64,000 nt of DNA from positions 33,470 through 97,469 of IMG/VR virus record IMGVR_UViG_3300006028_000001. The stretch is one strand, 5' to 3'. Shown in pieces: positions 29,620 to 40,136 of this stretch. This stretch comes from a virus. The position numbers were made by a program, and so were the translations under genes. The stretch's first letter is position 1; the number at the start of each line of letters is the position of its first letter. The notes beneath the pieces are model-generated. The model was not told the DNA's origin. It saw only the letters and a program-made list of their open reading frames with translations, and searched no databases.

Positions 29620-29707
29620 GTTCCTGATCTCCTTCAATAGACGACCGGGCCGGTTGGCCACCGCGACGGCCCCGAACCAACGCCGGGGCCGCACGGAAAC
29701 CAGCCGG

Positions 29708-30790
29708 TCAGTCGGCGGTCGCGGCCGACACGAACTCGCCGGTCGCCCCAGCCGTGTGCAGCGTGTCCTGCGCGTCCTGCGCCGGCTTCAACCCCGCCTC
29801 CGCCGCGGCGACATGATCCGAGGCCGCCGCAGACGCATCCGACACGTTGGACACATGCCGGCCAAGCTGCGCGGCCACCGCGCCCGCCTCATCCAGCGCC
29901 TGCCGGGTGGCTGCGGTGGCGCCAGCGGCGTTGGCCCGCTCCGACGCCGCCGTCACCGCACCGTCCAAGGCGGCACGTGCCCCGCCCATCTGGTCGTTCA
30001 GATCCTGGATCCGCGCCAGATGACCACGGATGGCGGCCAGGTCGGCCACGACCAGATCCAGGTTGGTTTCCCCCGTAGGCGCGCCGGCCGCCGGGGTGGC
30101 TGTCGATGTGGGCATGGTTCCTCCTGCGTTTTTTGCGGTTGTGGTGTCAGTAGTTGGTTCCGGCTGCGGTGTGCCGGTCGGGTCTTCCTCACCCGCGGCC
30201 CACGGCGGCGGGGTGGGCGCCGCCTCCGGCTCGGGTTCTGGATCCCACTTCACCGGCGGCGTTACCTCCGGCTGGTCACCGGTGGACTCCGGCGGCACGA
30301 CGCCTTGGGGTTGCTCGTCACCCGGCCTGGTGCGGGCCACCTGCCCGGCGGGGGCGCCGGCGCGGCGGGCCTGCTGCGCCGCGACCCACCCCGCACGGAA
30401 ACCGGCACCGAAACGCCCACCCGCCCGGTAGGTGCGATCAGCCGACACAATCAGCCGCGCCCACCAGCGCCGCGCCGCCGAACCGGCACGCACCGCCCAC
30501 GACGGCTGCGCGGGACGCTTCGCCGGATCCGCCCCGTCGCGCCACCACTGCCGGCGGGCCTGCCGCCACGCCGCACGCTGCGCCCGGTCGTGATCCAGCC
30601 ACGCCCGATGATCCGCCACCGACTGGCCCCAGCCGTCCCCGTCGGAGCCGCCCTGCCGGCCCGACCAGGCCCGCTCAACACCCACCGCCAGCGCCGCCAC
30701 CAACACCCCGGCACCACCCAGGCACAACGCCAGAAACGCCATGAACCCCAGGGCGGCAACGTCTTCCTTCGCCTCGTGCTGGCCGCTCAC
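29708..30790 (-). CDS. Putative transfer-module protein (TM, Arg/Trp-rich region, Pro linker, C-terminal helical hairpin)
   Basis: Architecture like accessory proteins upstream of actinomycete TraB; internal AGGAGG-ATG at 30115. Confidence 0.55.
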   Translation of the reverse strand: MSGQHEAKEDVAALGFMAFLALCLGGAGVLVAALAVGVERAWSGRQGGSDGDGWGQSVADHRAWLDHDRAQRAAWRQARRQWWRDGADPAKRPAQPSWAVRAGSAARRWWARLIVSADRTYRAGGRFGAGFRAGWVAAQQARRAGAPAGQVARTRPGDEQPQGVVPPESTGDQPEVTPPVKWDPEPEPEAAPTPPPWAAGEEDPTGTPQPEPTTDTTTAKNAGGTMPTSTATPAAGAPTGETNLDLVVADLAAIRGHLARIQDLNDQMGGARAALDGAVTAASERANAAGATAATRQALDEAGAVAAQLGRHVSNVSDASAAASDHVAAAEAGLKPAQDAQDTLHTAGATGEFVSAATAD

Positions 30791-31620
30791 CGGACACTCA
30801 CCGTCGTGGCGTGCTGCAGGCCGTCATGGGCGTGTTGGCTGACCAGCCCCACAAACAGGGAGCCGAACAGCACCAGCAGCGGCAGGCCGTACGCCAGAAA
30901 CGCCCGCACCCCCGCGTCGGGGATCTTGTCTTTGATGTCGACCAGTGCGGCGACCAGCAGGGCCACACCGAGGGCACCCAGCACGATCCGCACCATCAGC
31001 ACCGCCCACGGCGGCAGGTAGTGGACGGCCATGCCGTCGGCGAACGCCACCAGCGGGATCGTCACGACGCCGGCGAACAAGGACACCGCGGAGGCGAACC
31101 ACTTCCACGCCTTGCGGGCCGTCTTGCCGGCCAACGCAGCCTTGACGATGCGGTGCGCGTACACCACCGTGATCGCCGCCATCACGGCGGCGGTCGCGCC
31201 GGCACCCAGGCTGCGCGGATGCGACAGGATCGCCCACACCGCCTGCCAGCCGGCCGGCAGCATCGTTGGCACCCACAGCGCTGCCTTGCGGGCATCCTCG
31301 TCGGGTACCTTGTCTGCCACATCGCGGATCAGCGGCACCAGCAGCGCCAGCGCATGCCAGCCCAGCCACAGGGCGATGATGCCGCCCACCCCGGCGATGA
31401 CACCGCCGATGCTGCCAGTCAGCGACGTGGCCCAGGCGACGACACCGATCAGCGCCCAGCAGAGCACCAGTCCGCAGATTGCGGTGACGATGAACGCCAC
31501 CCACAGCAGCAGCGCCGACTGGCGCACCGCCGGCAGGATCTTCGCCCGGCCTACCGTCAGCACGATCAGCACACCCAGGACGAGGGCGATCTGCAGGTGA
31601 TAGGTCACGATCCAATTCAT
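30787..31620 (-). CDS. Polytopic membrane protein with internal duplication
   Basis: About eight TMs; DVADKVPDEDAR / DIKDKIPDAGVR repeat; GAAAGGGG RBS. Confidence 0.7.
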   Translation of the reverse strand: MNWIVTYHLQIALVLGVLIVLTVGRAKILPAVRQSALLLWVAFIVTAICGLVLCWALIGVVAWATSLTGSIGGVIAGVGGIIALWLGWHALALLVPLIRDVADKVPDEDARKAALWVPTMLPAGWQAVWAILSHPRSLGAGATAAVMAAITVVYAHRIVKAALAGKTARKAWKWFASAVSLFAGVVTIPLVAFADGMAVHYLPPWAVLMVRIVLGALGVALLVAALVDIKDKIPDAGVRAFLAYGLPLLVLFGSLFVGLVSQHAHDGLQHATTVSVR

Positions 31621-31669
31621 GTCTAGCCCCCTTTCCAGGGCGTGTGCGCGCAACTGCGCGCGGGGTTGG

Positions 31670-33294
31670 TCAGTGCACGACGCAGCCGGCGGCCACGGCG
31701 AGAACAAGCAGGGTCAGGGCAACCCCGGCGCGGATGCGGGTGGCCACCGCCAACTGGACGAGCTGCGCGAGGCTGAACACGGCCAGCCGGAACATGCCGG
31801 CCACCGTCGCGGCCACCCACGCGGCCGTGTTGCTGGTCTCGCCCGGGCCTGGAAACACCTGCCGGGCCACCACCGCGATCGGCTGCGGCGACTGCGACAA
31901 CTGCCACGAGCCGCGCACCGCCGCCTGGGCATCCCGCAGATGCGGTGACACAAAGTTAGCGACCTTGGGGGCAGGCTTGACCTTGGCAACCGGCCGATCC
32001 GCTGGTATCACGCGCGTGTGAACAGGTGTGCACGTGGCATCCGGAGCGGTCGGCGGCCGATCCGCCGTTTCGGCGGCCGTTTCCGGCGCACGCACGCAAC
32101 CCTGCAACCCGTCACCGGCGGTGACGTGGCGGCTGGTTCCGTTGACGGTGACAGTCATGACCCGGCCGCCCGGTTCAACCCGTCAGCCAACTCGATCAGC
32201 CGGTCGGCGAGGTCGTGACGGCCGTCGTCACCGGCCCGGTTGGATTCGGCCAGCAGCCACCGCCACGCCTGCCACAAACGATCACGACCGGCAGCCTTGT
32301 CGCGGGCCGGGATTCTGGCGACAAACCAGTCCCGCCGCTTCGCCGCAGCGGTGTTTGCCCTGGTCACAGCCCCCATTGGCGGATCTCCTCCTCGCTCGGC
32401 GGATCCGGCAACGTCCACCGGAACAGCTCCCGGCCGGTGGCGCGGCCGTCCTCATCGGCGGCGAACACCGCGAACTCGAACTCGTGCCACCGATCCAGCG
32501 GCGCCCGATCGGCCCGGATGACCCGCACCAGGTACCGATTCAGCAGGTCACGGGACTGGGCCAGGACAAACGGGTCACGGTCGTCCAGGTCCAGCAGCAC
32601 CAGCACCGGCACGTCGTCGCGGTCGATGCGGCGACCGTTGCGCCAGGCGTGCAGCAAGTAGCGGCGCAACATCAGGCCAGCCCCCCGGTCAGCACGAAGC
32701 CGAGCAGCCCGATCAGGCCGCTGACCAGGAAAATCAGCCCCATGGCGATCAGCAGCGGCTTGGTTTGCCGATCGCGGTAGACGCGGAGCGCGCCGTCGGA
32801 CCGTTCCATCACGTACCGTCCCCGGACGTCTCAAACGCCAGGCGAGGTGCCGGGACGGGTCGTCGGCGACGCACCTGCGGCACCATCACCGGCCGCACGC
32901 CCCCGCCGGTACCGCCCGGCCGCCACATCCAGCGCTGCCGCAGGTAGAAGGCCATCGGGGCGAGTGCGGGTGCGCCGGTGGACACCACCAACGCCCACGC
33001 CACAGCACCCAGCCGGGGATCCATCGCGGTGGCGAACCCGGCCGTGACCAGGAACAACACCCACACGATGATCCGCACAGCGATCGCCGGGGCGGCCGGC
33101 ACGGCGGTGCGCCACAGGTTGGTCCACCAGCGGGCGGCCAGCATCACCAGGCCGATGAACACCCCTGCCAGGGTGGCGAGGGCCTGCGCCTTCAGGGTCG
33201 GCACGGTTTGCGCGATGACCCGGTGCCAGATGAACACGAACAGCAGGTCCCGGGCGATCGTGGCGACCGCGCCGACAAGGATCCGCTCAGACAT
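31670..33294 (-). CDS. Five small genes, three membrane-associated (31670-32158, 32155-32376, 32364-32672, 32672-32812, 32809-33294)
   Basis: Coupled overlaps; hydrophobic segments; co-oriented with the traB-like gene. Confidence 0.6.
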
Positions 33295-33305
33295 GGGTGG
33301 GTCTC

Positions 33306-34619
33306 CTAGTTGGCGCCGGCGCGGGCCAGTGCCCGGTCGGTCGGTTCGTCGTCGGTCGCTTTGAGGTCGGTGCCGGCCCGGTACGCCTCGACCGCCTTGT
33401 CGGCGCGCTGCTTCGACCAACCGGTGGCGGTGCGGATCTGCCGGATGCTGTCGGGCAGCTGGTCGCCGTACCGGGCACGCAACGCCCGCGCGTTGGCGAC
33501 CGCCGCCGGCTCAGACCCGACCACGTGCAGCCGGGGCGACCGGGCAACCGGTCGGGCGGACGGCTTGGCGGCCGGTCGGGTGGTCGACGGGCTGTTGGTC
33601 GGTGCTGGCCCGGGCGGTTGGTGGGTGGTCGGTTGGGCAACCGACTGGTTCGGCTCGACTGCGGATTCGCCGGTGGTCGGCTCGGGCGCGGTCGAGTGAT
33701 CGGCCGCCTGGTTGGTTGCCTCGGGCGTGGTGGTCGGCTTCACCGGATCGGTCTTCTTCGCGGCGCGCCGGTCGGCCCGCGCCCGGTGCCACGCCGCATA
33801 CCGCGCCCGCGCCTCGTCCGTGGTGGCGGCCGGCTCCCACGACACCAGATACATGGTCACCAGCCAGCGCACCGGGTGCAGCAGCTTCGCCTGCGCCGGC
33901 AACTTCGGCAACGCAGGATCCAACTGGCCAGCCGCGCGCATCGCCACCCGATTGCGCCAGCGGGAACCACGCGACCACAGGAACAGCGCCGACCCGGACA
34001 TGCCGGCCAGCAGCCACGACGTGATGGTGGGCAGGTGCCGGTAGGTGGTCCACCAGTGGATCGCCGCACCCGAGGCGGCCACGTAGCCGGCCATGCCCAG
34101 CCGCAGCATCCACACGGAGTCGCGGGCCAGCAGGTGCTTGTCGTACAGGTCCATCAGGTAGGCGGCGCCACCTTCGGCGCAGCACGCGACGGCGACGCCG
34201 AGAGCAAGCCCGGCCAGGTACCCGACGCCGGCGTGGCTGGCCAGCCATTGCGCGTCGGAGCCGGCCAGCGCCTGAACGAGGGCACCGCCGACCACGTCGG
34301 TGACGGCGATGGTTTGCAGCACGAACGCGGTGCCGAGGGCGGCGACCGGCGGCAGGTACCGCAGCCGGTCGGTCGACCGCTTCGGCTTGGTCGGTCGGGT
34401 GCCGGTCGGCTGGTAGGTGGCGGCCAGTTCAACCGCCCGGTCGGAGGTGGCCCGCAGCCGTTCGATGCGCGGGCCGAGACCCGACCAGTCCACGAACCGC
34501 GGCGTGCCGACCGGGTCTGGTCGGTCGGGCGTCGTGGGGGCCGACCGGGTCAGGGTCGACCAGGCGCGGCGGAGCCGACCGGGGTGGTCGGCTGCCGGGG
34601 TGGTCGGGTGGTTGGTCAC
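33306..34619 (-). CDS. DUF2637/Spd-like membrane protein with C-terminal HTH
   Basis: Four-TM core, AGQLDPALPKL...HPVRW, Pro/Thr linker, SIRQIRTATGWSKQRA HTH. Confidence 0.65.
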   Translation of the reverse strand: MTNHPTTPAADHPGRLRRAWSTLTRSAPTTPDRPDPVGTPRFVDWSGLGPRIERLRATSDRAVELAATYQPTGTRPTKPKRSTDRLRYLPPVAALGTAFVLQTIAVTDVVGGALVQALAGSDAQWLASHAGVGYLAGLALGVAVACCAEGGAAYLMDLYDKHLLARDSVWMLRLGMAGYVAASGAAIHWWTTYRHLPTITSWLLAGMSGSALFLWSRGSRWRNRVAMRAAGQLDPALPKLPAQAKLLHPVRWLVTMYLVSWEPAATTDEARARYAAWHRARADRRAAKKTDPVKPTTTPEATNQAADHSTAPEPTTGESAVEPNQSVAQPTTHQPPGPAPTNSPSTTRPAAKPSARPVARSPRLHVVGSEPAAVANARALRARYGDQLPDSIRQIRTATGWSKQRADKAVEAYRAGTDLKATDDEPTDRALARAGAN

Positions 34620-35612
34620 GCGTTCGCCCTCTCGATTCCGATCGCGGCGTCCAGCCGGATCCGGTCGCGCCGCCGGGCCCGGGCGACGGAGGCGACCACC
34701 GACACGGCCATGAGCGCGAAGATGACGGCGACCAGCCACCACAGCGCCACCGAGTTCCGGCGGACCAGCACCACCCAGCCGAGGGGCAGGGTGAGGACCA
34801 GCAGCAGCGCGTTCGCGACCTGCTCGACGCGCTTCACGGTGAGCACGCCGGTCATGACGTCACCGCCGACGCCTGAGCCTTGGCCGCCCGCAGCGTGGCG
34901 ATGAGCTGATCCACCTGGGCGGGGGTCATCGGGGCGACCGCCCACCGCTCCCCCTTCTTGGTCGGCTGGATCACTTCGAGGGTGACGCCGCGCTGGTCGC
35001 CGACCTGCGCCTGAGCGACGGCGATGCGCGACACCTGACCTTCGAACCGGCCGGCCTGGGTGGGGTCGAGGGTGGCGGCCACATACGTGTCGACGCTGCG
35101 GTGGACGTGGCAGGGGATGAGGTCGCGGGTGGCGCAGAAGTCTGGGTGGGGCTGTTCGGTGGCGGAGGAGCCGTCATGACCGGCCGGGGTCGACCGTGCG
35201 GGCATGGTGGTGAGGTCGGTCATGACGGCACTCCCTGGGCGGTTGCTACGGTGACGTTGGGGTCCGCGCCCTCGACGGTCTTGCAGCTTCGAGCCGATTC
35301 GGCCGGCTCGCCGGCTGGGGGCAGCATCGAGGGCGCGGCACAGGTGGGGGCGGGGTCGACGGCTACGGCGGTCGGCCCCGGCTTCGTTTCAGTCAGACCC
35401 TGGTAGAGCCGGCCCGGCGTCACGCCCAGGTCGGCGGACAGCTTGACCACGCTGTTGGTGGCCCGGGCCTCACGCACAGCACCCCAGCGGATCCGGGTCA
35501 GCACCGGCCGAAGCCACTTCGCGACCCTGGCGGCTTGCGCCGCACGATCAACCGGGCAGGCGATCGCCGACAGCTCGTCGACCAGCGCCGCGGCGGCGAG
35601 GTCCGGGCTCAC
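34616..35612 (-). CDS. Three leading genes of transfer-like operon (34616-34855 TM; 34852-35223; 35220-35612 HTH-like)
   Basis: ATGA overlaps; GGAGG RBS before GTG 35612; SVVKLSADLGVTPGRLYQ HTH. Confidence 0.6.
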
Positions 35613-35782
35613 ATCCACCTCCGAAAATCCAGGGTCCCTATGTGGTTCTGTCCAGTATGCAACCGGTGCAACGAAAGACGCAAGCGCCGCGAAAGAATAG
35701 GGTGCATCCAATACCACGACATGAGGAGTGAAGTCAATGCACCGATAGACACGAAAGATCGCAGCGTGCGAAACTTGCCTCG

Positions 35783-36016
35783 ATGTCCGCCAAGCGCACC
35801 CAGCCGGCCAAGTGGATCAGCCTCACCGAGGCTGCCGATCTGCTTGGCGTCGACCGGTCGACGGTGTACCGGTCGCTGATCAACCCAGAGTGGCGCGCCA
35901 AGCGGTGGGGCGACGAGGGCAAAGGCTGGCGCCTGCGCCCCCTTGTTCAGCGCCCGATCTACGAAGTCTCCCGCGAACGCGCCGAACAGTTGGCGAAGCA
36001 GAATGACTCGGCCTGA
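35783..36016 (+). CDS. Small HTH (Xis/MerR-like) regulator divergent from transfer-like operon
   Basis: WISLTEAADLLGVDRSTVYR. Confidence 0.75.
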   Translation: MSAKRTQPAKWISLTEAADLLGVDRSTVYRSLINPEWRAKRWGDEGKGWRLRPLVQRPIYEVSRERAEQLAKQNDSA

Positions 36017-36177
36017 CACCGCGACCCTCCGGACTGTCCAGGCTGGCTACACAAGCCAGCGAGGCCAGACTCCCGCCACGGACACGCGCCCCGGAACGGC
36101 ATCGAATAGGCAACCTAGGGACAAGCGGCAGCTACGCCGATAGATGCCTACAGGATGCCTATCTGGAGGAGGTCGCC

Positions 36178-37623
36178 ATGAGCCGGCAGCCAGCCAACAC
36201 CACCGCCAAACCCGCCCTGCGCGCGCTGCGGCTCGCCGCCAACCTCTCCCAAGCCGAAGTAGCCGACCGCATCAACGAGATGGCCGCGAGACGAGGAGGA
36301 TCCCGCGGCGGCGTTGACGCCAACATGGTCAGCCGCTGGGAACGAGGGCTAGTCACGCCTGGCCCGCTGTACCGCCGACTACTCGCCGAGCTGCACAGCG
36401 TCACCGTCGACGACCTCGCACTTGCCCTCCCCCACGACCACATCGAAGGCCCGACCGCGGAGGACCTCCTGATGGCCGACACCGAAATCGTCGAAGACCC
36501 GCGGGTGTTACGCAGCCAAGACGGCTGGCGCGCCACCCGGCGGGTGCTCAACGCGAACCGGCTCATGCTCAGCCAGGTCGCCGCCGGCCTCTACCCCGAC
36601 AGTGTCGGGCTGGCCAACACCGGCCTGATCGCATCACCTGAGTGGATCCCCGCTATACCGGTCGAGATCGACACGATTCAGTTGACGCGCCTCGCAGCCA
36701 CCCCGCCGCCGGCCCTGGACGGCACCGAACCTGAGTCGCTCAACGTGCGCCCCTGCGCCACCCTCACGCGTCCGTACGCGCGGTACAGCCAGGCCATCCG
36801 CGACCTGGACCACCCGCGGCTGTTCGAGAACCGGCCGGCGTGGCGCCTCCTCGACGTGGACTGGGGCAACCGATCCATGGCGTTCGGCGACACCTGGTTT
36901 TTCGCCGCGGTCGACGTGAACGAGGTCCTCGCCCACGAAGTCGCCTACGTCCACCTCGGCGACGAACCGAGCCAGCCCACGCGTGCGACGCCGATGCGGG
37001 ACCTGCCCTACCGACGACTCGTCGACAACCCGTTCGACCTGACCCGACGACCGGTGATGCCGGCGATCTCCACTCTCACCATCCGCGGCGGCTCGTCACC
37101 CTCGTTCATCCTGCACCGCCGCGACCCCAAGTCGGTGGCGATGGCTGGCGGCATGCTGCAGGTCATTCCGTCGGGGATCTTCCAAGCGTCGTCGCTGCAT
37201 CCGGCCGCCGTGCGGGAGGACTTCTCGCTGTGGCGCAACATCCAGCGGGAGTACGCCGAGGAGCTGCTGGGGTTCGCCGAGCATGACGGCGACGGGCAAC
37301 CGATCAGCTACGCGACCGAGCCGTTTGCGTCGATGGACCGCGAACGCGCGGCCGGTCGGATCCGGATCTGGTGCCTCGGGGTGGCACTGGATGCGCTGAC
37401 CCTCGTCGGCGAGATCATGACGGTTGCGGTGGTGGCGCCGGACCTGTTCGACCGGATCGCCGCGGACTTCGTCGACGTGAACGATGAAGGGACCGTGGTG
37501 AATGGCCGGTTCGCGTTCACCGAGCAGGCAGTGGGCCGGGTGCTGCGCAGCGGCCGGATGGCGCCGGCTGGGGCCGGGTGCCTGACGCTGGCACTGCGGC
37601 ACCGCGGGATGCTGCTCGCCTGA
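36178..37623 (+). CDS. XRE-family HTH fused to a divergent Nudix-like domain
   Basis: LRALR...LSQAEVA...VSRWERG; FILHRR...IPSGIFQ...IQREYAEELLG; GGAGGAGG RBS. Confidence 0.75.
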   Translation: MSRQPANTTAKPALRALRLAANLSQAEVADRINEMAARRGGSRGGVDANMVSRWERGLVTPGPLYRRLLAELHSVTVDDLALALPHDHIEGPTAEDLLMADTEIVEDPRVLRSQDGWRATRRVLNANRLMLSQVAAGLYPDSVGLANTGLIASPEWIPAIPVEIDTIQLTRLAATPPPALDGTEPESLNVRPCATLTRPYARYSQAIRDLDHPRLFENRPAWRLLDVDWGNRSMAFGDTWFFAAVDVNEVLAHEVAYVHLGDEPSQPTRATPMRDLPYRRLVDNPFDLTRRPVMPAISTLTIRGGSSPSFILHRRDPKSVAMAGGMLQVIPSGIFQASSLHPAAVREDFSLWRNIQREYAEELLGFAEHDGDGQPISYATEPFASMDRERAAGRIRIWCLGVALDALTLVGEIMTVAVVAPDLFDRIAADFVDVNDEGTVVNGRFAFTEQAVGRVLRSGRMAPAGAGCLTLALRHRGMLLA

Positions 37624-37641
37624 CCCCCGTGCGCCGGAAGC

Positions 37642-38169
37642 TCAATTCGGATCTGCGAACGGTCCGAGCAGTTCCCGGGAGATCTGATTACCAAGCGCGT
37701 CACGCGCCTCAGCCTCGCGGCGCCGCGCATCCTCGAACCGCCGCCGCGCGCCTTCCTCGTTGTCGGCGACGTCTTCGGCCGCCCGTACCGCCCCCTGGAC
37801 CGCATCCAGCCACGTCCCGAGTTGCCTTCTGACCGATGGTGATCCGTAGGCGATGACGGCCGCCCGAACGCTCCCCTGGGTTTCAACCTGTGGCAGATCC
37901 AACACCGGGCGGTTGGCCTTTGTCCACACCGGGTGGACGAATTCAACCCATTGGCCCGTGGCCTCGGCCATCCTGAGCAGGTCCAGGTACGCCTCCGCGC
38001 GCTTGTCGCGGTACCAGCGCTCGTGGGCGTCCAGGTACTCCTGCTTGGCGCGATTGACGCCCATCTGCTCATCGTGGCGACGACTTGCCCTGGTGTTGAG
38101 CCAGCCGCCACTCAGCCCCGCCAGGGCCACCACCGCGCCCGCTACCGGACTTACCCACTCCCAAGCCAT
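37642..38169 (-). CDS. N-terminal TM helical hypothetical protein (moron-like)
   Basis: TM followed by KRAEAYLDLL helical region; downstream of a terminator. Confidence 0.65.
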   Translation of the reverse strand: MAWEWVSPVAGAVVALAGLSGGWLNTRASRRHDEQMGVNRAKQEYLDAHERWYRDKRAEAYLDLLRMAEATGQWVEFVHPVWTKANRPVLDLPQVETQGSVRAAVIAYGSPSVRRQLGTWLDAVQGAVRAAEDVADNEEGARRRFEDARRREAEARDALGNQISRELLGPFADPN

Positions 38170-38222
38170 GGCAGGCGAGTGTAGGCGTCCTCCGCCACGT
38201 TGTTCGGAGTCGGTGGATACGA

Positions 38223-38316
38223 AGCGACGCCCGCCGCCGGACCGGTCGGGCGTCGCTCTTGGATCTATCGTTCGGGTGTCGGGTCGGAGCGTCGTTCGGA
38301 TGCGCTCCGGCCCGGC
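38223..38316 (-). terminator. Twin GC hairpins ending the leftward replication operon
   Basis: AGCGACGCCCG/CGGGCGTCGCT (38223-38257) and GTCGGGTCGGAGCG/CGCTCCGGCCCGGC (38278-38316). Confidence 0.6.
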
Positions 38317-39118
38317 CTACTCCTCCCCGCCCACCACGGCCGCGAGGCTGCCCTCCTCGCGTGCCCGTTCCCAGTACTCGCGGCGCATGTCGTTGGCCTC
38401 CAGTTCGGCCGCGCGGGCGGCGAGAAAGCCGATCCGCGCCCGGGCGCACAGCCGGTCGGTGCGATTACGGGCGCGCAGGCCGTAGAGGCTGGTGCTGGTG
38501 ACCGTCTTGATGAGTTCGTCAACCAGGTCCGGGATGCTGTCGATGTCGGTCTGCGACCGGTCGGGCAGGGCGGGCGGTTCGATGTACTTGTTGGCAGCGC
38601 TGGTCATGATGCTGATCTCCTCGGTGGGTTTGCGGGTGTCAGACGGCTTCTCCGCCGCCCATGCGGTACTTCTCCACGGCCTCCGGGATGGTGGTCCGCG
38701 GATCCTTCATGAACGGCAACAGCAGCCGAAGCCGCCGCTTCTCCGCCTTGTGCGCTTCGACCACCTGTTTGACGTTCTCGGCCTGCAACGCGAGATGCGC
38801 GACGGCGTCCTCCCTGTTGGCGTACCGGAGCCGCACCCGCCGACCGCCGCCGAGCCGCCAGATCGAGTCATATACCGCCGGCTCACCGGAGAACAGGTCG
38901 GTCTGATAGTCGTTGACCGTCAGGCTGGCCCGCCGGTCGTCGGCGCTCTGCGCGAGACCGGCCGCGAGTTCGTCGAGCAGCTCGTCGTCGGCGCCCGCAT
39001 CAGTCAGTTCGAGGCGGATCTCTGCGGTGACCTCGGCCATGTCGAACCGTCCGGGCCGGTCGGCGATCCGGTCGTAGACCGCCAGCGCCATCTTGCGGTA
39101 CCGGGAGTGCGCCCTCAC
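38317..39118 (-). CDS. Two hypothetical proteins (38317-38607, 38639-39118)
   Basis: SD motifs and GTGA coupling; protein-like composition. Confidence 0.65.
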
Positions 39119-39969
39119 AGCTGCCTCCCCGTCGATTCAAGGTGATCCGCGATGCTGACCAGCAGGCCGGCAACTCCGCGCAGGCCATCCGGCTTGAACA
39201 GCTCCGGATGGACCTCGTAATCGATCCCGGCTTCATCCGCGAGCCAGGTGTCGGTCACGAACTCGATCGGATTGGGGTCGAGCAGGTTCCACAGCGAGCC
39301 GACCGCGCGGCTGAAGCCCTCACTCGCCCGGACGCGCCGCTCCCGCTCAATCACGTCCGGCTCGTCGCTGAGGTGGTCCGGCGGCGGCTGGAACGCCGGC
39401 GGGACAGGCGGGGCGGACCGAGGTACGACAGGTGCCGACGCTTCCGGCGCTTCCAACTCGTCCGGCCGCTCGTCGCCGTCAGCCTGTGACGGTTGCGGCT
39501 GCGCAGTGTCCGCAGCCGGGATCAACTCGTCCGGCTCCAGTGCCGCCTCGGTGGGCTGTTCGCGCTCCTGGCGGGTCTGCCGGATGGCGGCGGCAGTCGG
39601 TTTTCCGTCGGTCCGCTCGACGGTCTCCTGCCAGACGTCTGCGCGCTCATCCTCGTGAACCTTGGCCAGTTCGCGCGCCTGTCCCTCGTTTCCGGGCGGC
39701 GGCACCGCGATCTTGTCTGCAATTGCAGACACGACCTGGGCGGCGGCCATCAGTTCGTACGCCCGCGGCCGGCTGATCGACCACCGGTCGACGCAGTAGT
39801 CCTCGAAGGTCGCGAACTCAGCCCGATACAGCCGACTGTCGCGGATGGTCGTCAGCGCGTTGCCGACCTCAAGGAAGGTCTGCATGCCGCGCTCGATCTT
39901 CCCCTCGCATTCGGCGAGGGTGTCCCGCTCGGCGACAGTGAGCGGGTGGGTCAACTGGTCGGTGGACAT
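39115..39969 (-). CDS. Phage DNA-binding protein (DUF3102-like N-terminus)
   Basis: FLEVGNALTTIRDSRLYR..F.TFEDYC..RW.ISR.RAY.LM. Confidence 0.65.
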   Translation of the reverse strand: MSTDQLTHPLTVAERDTLAECEGKIERGMQTFLEVGNALTTIRDSRLYRAEFATFEDYCVDRWSISRPRAYELMAAAQVVSAIADKIAVPPPGNEGQARELAKVHEDERADVWQETVERTDGKPTAAAIRQTRQEREQPTEAALEPDELIPAADTAQPQPSQADGDERPDELEAPEASAPVVPRSAPPVPPAFQPPPDHLSDEPDVIERERRVRASEGFSRAVGSLWNLLDPNPIEFVTDTWLADEAGIDYEVHPELFKPDGLRGVAGLLVSIADHLESTGRQL

Positions 39970-40136
39970 GGGGAGGGGTACTCCTTGCAGGTAGACGGCT
40001 GGACAGGCAGTGCTACGTCAGCCGCCCCGCAGGGGTTGCACCCCATCGAAGATTCTTTTCCCGGTCGCGTTCCCGACACCCCCACCACCCGGCCGGGCGA
40101 GCGTGCCCACCTGCGATCCGCCGGTACGGTCAGGCG

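Noticed and set aside
23572-30790. Complete type VII secretion system
   Set aside because: Single ATPase domain with a C-terminal wHTH; no WXG motif, mycosin or EccB/D; TraB-like interpretation fits better
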